Positions 34,001-35,614 of a stretch of 35,614 nt of DNA are shown here, in pieces. The notes below the pieces were generated by a model that was given only the letters and a program-made list of their open reading frames with translations, was not told where the DNA came from and searched no databases. Source of the stretch: an uncultured Campylobacter sp. (GTDB taxonomy: Bacteria; Campylobacterota; Campylobacteria; Campylobacterales; Campylobacteraceae); assembly GCA_963551055.1 (NCBI GenBank), contig CAUVFI010000001.1:1-35614 (forward strand), in the 5' to 3' direction. The first letter of the stretch is position 1; each line of letters begins with the position of its first letter. A program made the position numbers and the translations under genes.

Positions 34001-35614
34001 TAAAATTTATCAAAATATCAGCGGCGTTGGAGACGTTTTGATCGACGCTTGCGGGATCAAGTACGAGCTCCTTTTTGCCCGCGCGATCCAGATTAAATTC
34101 CGATCTTTGAAGCACTATGGCGCCCGGCTGCTTTAAACGGTCGTTTGAGAAGGAGTAGCCCTCGTAATCTTTTAGCTTTAGCTTTTTATCATAAAGCGTC
34201 GCTTCCAAGGAGCCCTTCAGCTCGCTAGCAGGCGCGCCGGCTAGGTAGTTTGAGCTAAGTTTGGCGATTATTAGCTCATCCGCGCCGAACTCCTCTTTGG
34301 CGGTTAAAATTTCGTTTTTAACGCGGTTTGGGACAAAATTTTCTACGCTGAAGCTCTTAGAGGCGATGATCTTATCTTCGTAGATTAAATCTAGGCGGTA
34401 TGTGCCGCTTTTTTCGCCCATAAGCTCGTCTATTTTGACGCTGCCGAACTCGTCCGTTTTAACCGCGCGAGTTAGGATGGAGGTTCCGGTAGGATCGTAA
34501 ATTTTAAATTTTATCGGCGTATCTTTTAGTGCGGTAAAATCGCGATTTTTTATCACGATCGTGCCTAAGAGCCGCTCGCCCGGGCTTACCAGCTCGCTTG
34601 CAAAATATACAAACGCGCGCTTTTGCGTAGTGGTTTTCTCGATGCTAGCAATGGCGTTATTAAAGAGTACGAAGCCTTTCTCGTCGCCCTTTGTAATCTC
34701 GATAGAGCGCGGATTTTTAGATAAAATTTCACGATCGTCGATACGCAAAATTCCGTCCCCGTCCGTTTTATCCTCGATCATCAGCTCGTTTTTGTCGTTG
34801 TAAATTTTAACCTTCGCTCTGCTAAGCTCCTCCGCGTTGCTTAAGCGCGACGTGTAGATAAGCGCGCCCTTTTCGCTCAAAACCACCTGCGCGGTGATGT
34901 CGCTAAGATAGGCGATGCGCGAGACCTCTTGCATCTTTTCGCCCACTTTGTAAAACGCCGTGATCTTGTAGATGCCGTCCTCGTAGCCCTTAAAATCCAT
35001 CGCGATCTTGTTTTCTAAAACGGCGTTTTTCTGTCCGCCGATATCAAAGTTTTTTACCGCGATCTCGCTAGCTAGGGTATTTACTCCGTCCTGCTGATCA
35101 AAGCTTGCAAAATTTAGAAAATATCTTATATTTTGCTCGCCGATTTTTGAGACGGCGATCTTGACTTCGTTTACGTTCGAGCTTTTAAACGCAAGCGAGG
35201 CGGATTTTGGGATGAAATTTTTCTCGTCGCTAAACGCTACGAAAGGCGTCCGATCGCCCATTTTTATATTTTGCTTGATCTCCTCGCGCAATACGTATGA
35301 GCTGTCGCCGAAACCCTTTAGTAGCCGCACTTCATAGGATTTCTCCGGTAAAAACTCGTCGCTTATGATGTCTGCGTGGTAGTAGCACTGATCGTCGCTT
35401 CCGTCCTCATCGTCCTCGTCGTAATAATAGCGCGGCTGAGTGAGGCTAAATTTATTGATGCCCTCAATCCTTACGTATTTTGCAGAGATGCCGTCCATAT
35501 AGCTAGGAAAGCAAATTCTACCCGCGAGAGAACCGTTTTTTAAGCTGGCGGCTCTAATTTGCACGCCGCTTAAATTTGAAGCGTTAATGCTATCATTAAA
35601 AGGCTCCTCGTCCG
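31005..35614 (-). CDS. Bacterial alpha-2-macroglobulin family protein, 5'-truncated by the window edge
   Basis: FSVENFVP, YAVDLGIL, FGGDG, thioester YPYGCTEQ, GGFGYWS and C-terminal CFEAVNERL. The frame stays open from 35564 to the end of the window. Confidence 0.95.
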   Translation of the reverse strand, partial: DEEPFNDSINASNLSGVQIRAASLKNGSLAGRICFPSYMDGISAKYVRIEGINKFSLTQPRYYYDEDDEDGSDDQCYYHADIISDEFLPEKSYEVRLLKGFGDSSYVLREEIKQNIKMGDRTPFVAFSDEKNFIPKSASLAFKSSNVNEVKIAVSKIGEQNIRYFLNFASFDQQDGVNTLASEIAVKNFDIGGQKNAVLENKIAMDFKGYEDGIYKITAFYKVGEKMQEVSRIAYLSDITAQVVLSEKGALIYTSRLSNAEELSRAKVKIYNDKNELMIEDKTDGDGILRIDDREILSKNPRSIEITKGDEKGFVLFNNAIASIEKTTTQKRAFVYFASELVSPGERLLGTIVIKNRDFTALKDTPIKFKIYDPTGTSILTRAVKTDEFGSVKIDELMGEKSGTYRLDLIYEDKIIASKSFSVENFVPNRVKNEILTAKEEFGADELIIAKLSSNYLAGAPASELKGSLEATLYDKKLKLKDYEGYSFSNDRLKQPGAIVLQRSEFNLDRAGKKELVLDPASVDQNVSNAADILINFSVVEEGKTVSAYRLLSYFPYDRIIGIKASNDFVSAGDSVKFGLAMIDAKAKTPAAGKIDVEIYRNDFNYVYDGNRYVEQEEFSLVSAFTTDAREISYKFENGGNYVIIANDYSSGASASVRVDVSGWGYYGRVNAKDIQSAKIKLASDKIKPGQSVKGVITSPIENGVLNISLVGEGIYDYKILRIKGNSAEFELQTSKNFIGGHINAVVTRAATPAAMPLRAYANIPVALDASEHKAGVQILSDKVYKNGQNAQISVKSEPNSKVVLYAVDLGILDIVSQSELDAFGAFDVSAYFAMQYFDIYDDLSVYQTLAKELSFGGDGVMAKAKRNLSPVENKKQKKFIKMLIAKADANGEAKFDLALPQNFNSIVRLSAMAIGQTDKIGSANAEVRVKDDVVIKPADLTYLVRGDEISVPLTLINTTDKEQISVLKIGSGPSISISGGEANFTLKPLEVKHLSFTASALDIGDANIKFDLDANGQKFSNNVEFDIISQFPRSKIFHASYGDKPVTLKIDPSYKEIYAHVSSTPNAFSLAEELYSYPYGCTEQLTSKMVALDYIARKDSNQTVVNYVNAHANRILSRLKPNGGFGYWSAHGVTNYYASIYASDVLLELDARYKFLSNKQRSLIFSALKSDYEDQATLRIYADFVLDQYGKLDDDEINFIYDNGLYDNSPMARIAMAAILKKHNMTTEFNFMREKINQMDYDYAEDGAGLTFASDIRDAAFKLYAFGKAGIKDDSTSKAAIALVRNLKDADNTQERASVIRGFDAYFKDAKKDISFALKYDGETKNFNSPLDTKLAVKDGSIEFTPMSGNGELFFTVLGFGYESAAVKHNPLSINRPFDNDRDKKVEIYREFLDARGNIVDLNKLKVGQKIYSKISWRANHYLYNFAIDEAMPSCFEAVNERLGSAAKARPEGFVDSVAIEHTEYLYDRVLHFPKSGYFYYDPQEGYNSTGVIYTPINVIMSGSCALPAISIEDMQYERVNNYDLQTLKFKVAR

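Noticed and set aside
1..35614. Phase-variable poly-G/C tracts, tRNA/rRNA genes, transposases
   Set aside because: No G or C run of 8 or more, no tRNA or rRNA signature and no transposase-like ORF seen on reading.

Overview
Chromosomal window from a Campylobacterota bacterium; gene content and composition suggest an oral Campylobacter such as C. gracilis (inference, no database used). On the minus strand, from high to low coordinates: a 5'-truncated bacterial alpha-2-macroglobulin, a Tat-exported heme-less flavocytochrome c flavin subunit, a flavodoxin-ferredoxin fusion, an EptA/EptC phosphoethanolamine transferase, the mfrABE (sdhABE) fumarate reductase, the hydABCDE [NiFe]-hydrogenase, and hypF-nikR-hypBCDE-hypA. 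The plus strand carries a LysR regulator and a PepSY protein / hypothetical / OmpR-family two-component module. The most unusual signal is large in-frame, low-complexity insertions in conserved accessory proteins: HypF is roughly doubled to about 1450 aa by four inserts, and HydD, HypE and the sensor kinase are also enlarged. Many inserts and the long intergenic spacers are crowded with the palindrome RAATTY, the motif of the Campylobacter CtsM methyltransferase linked to natural transformation. Other leads: a lipobox behind the MfrA Tat signal, a shared promoter architecture for mfrA and the orphan flavin reductase, an OmpR-type direct repeat between eptA and the PepSY module, and several small palindromic repeat families. 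No tRNA, rRNA, CRISPR array or transposase was seen. All motif counts are manual and approximate.
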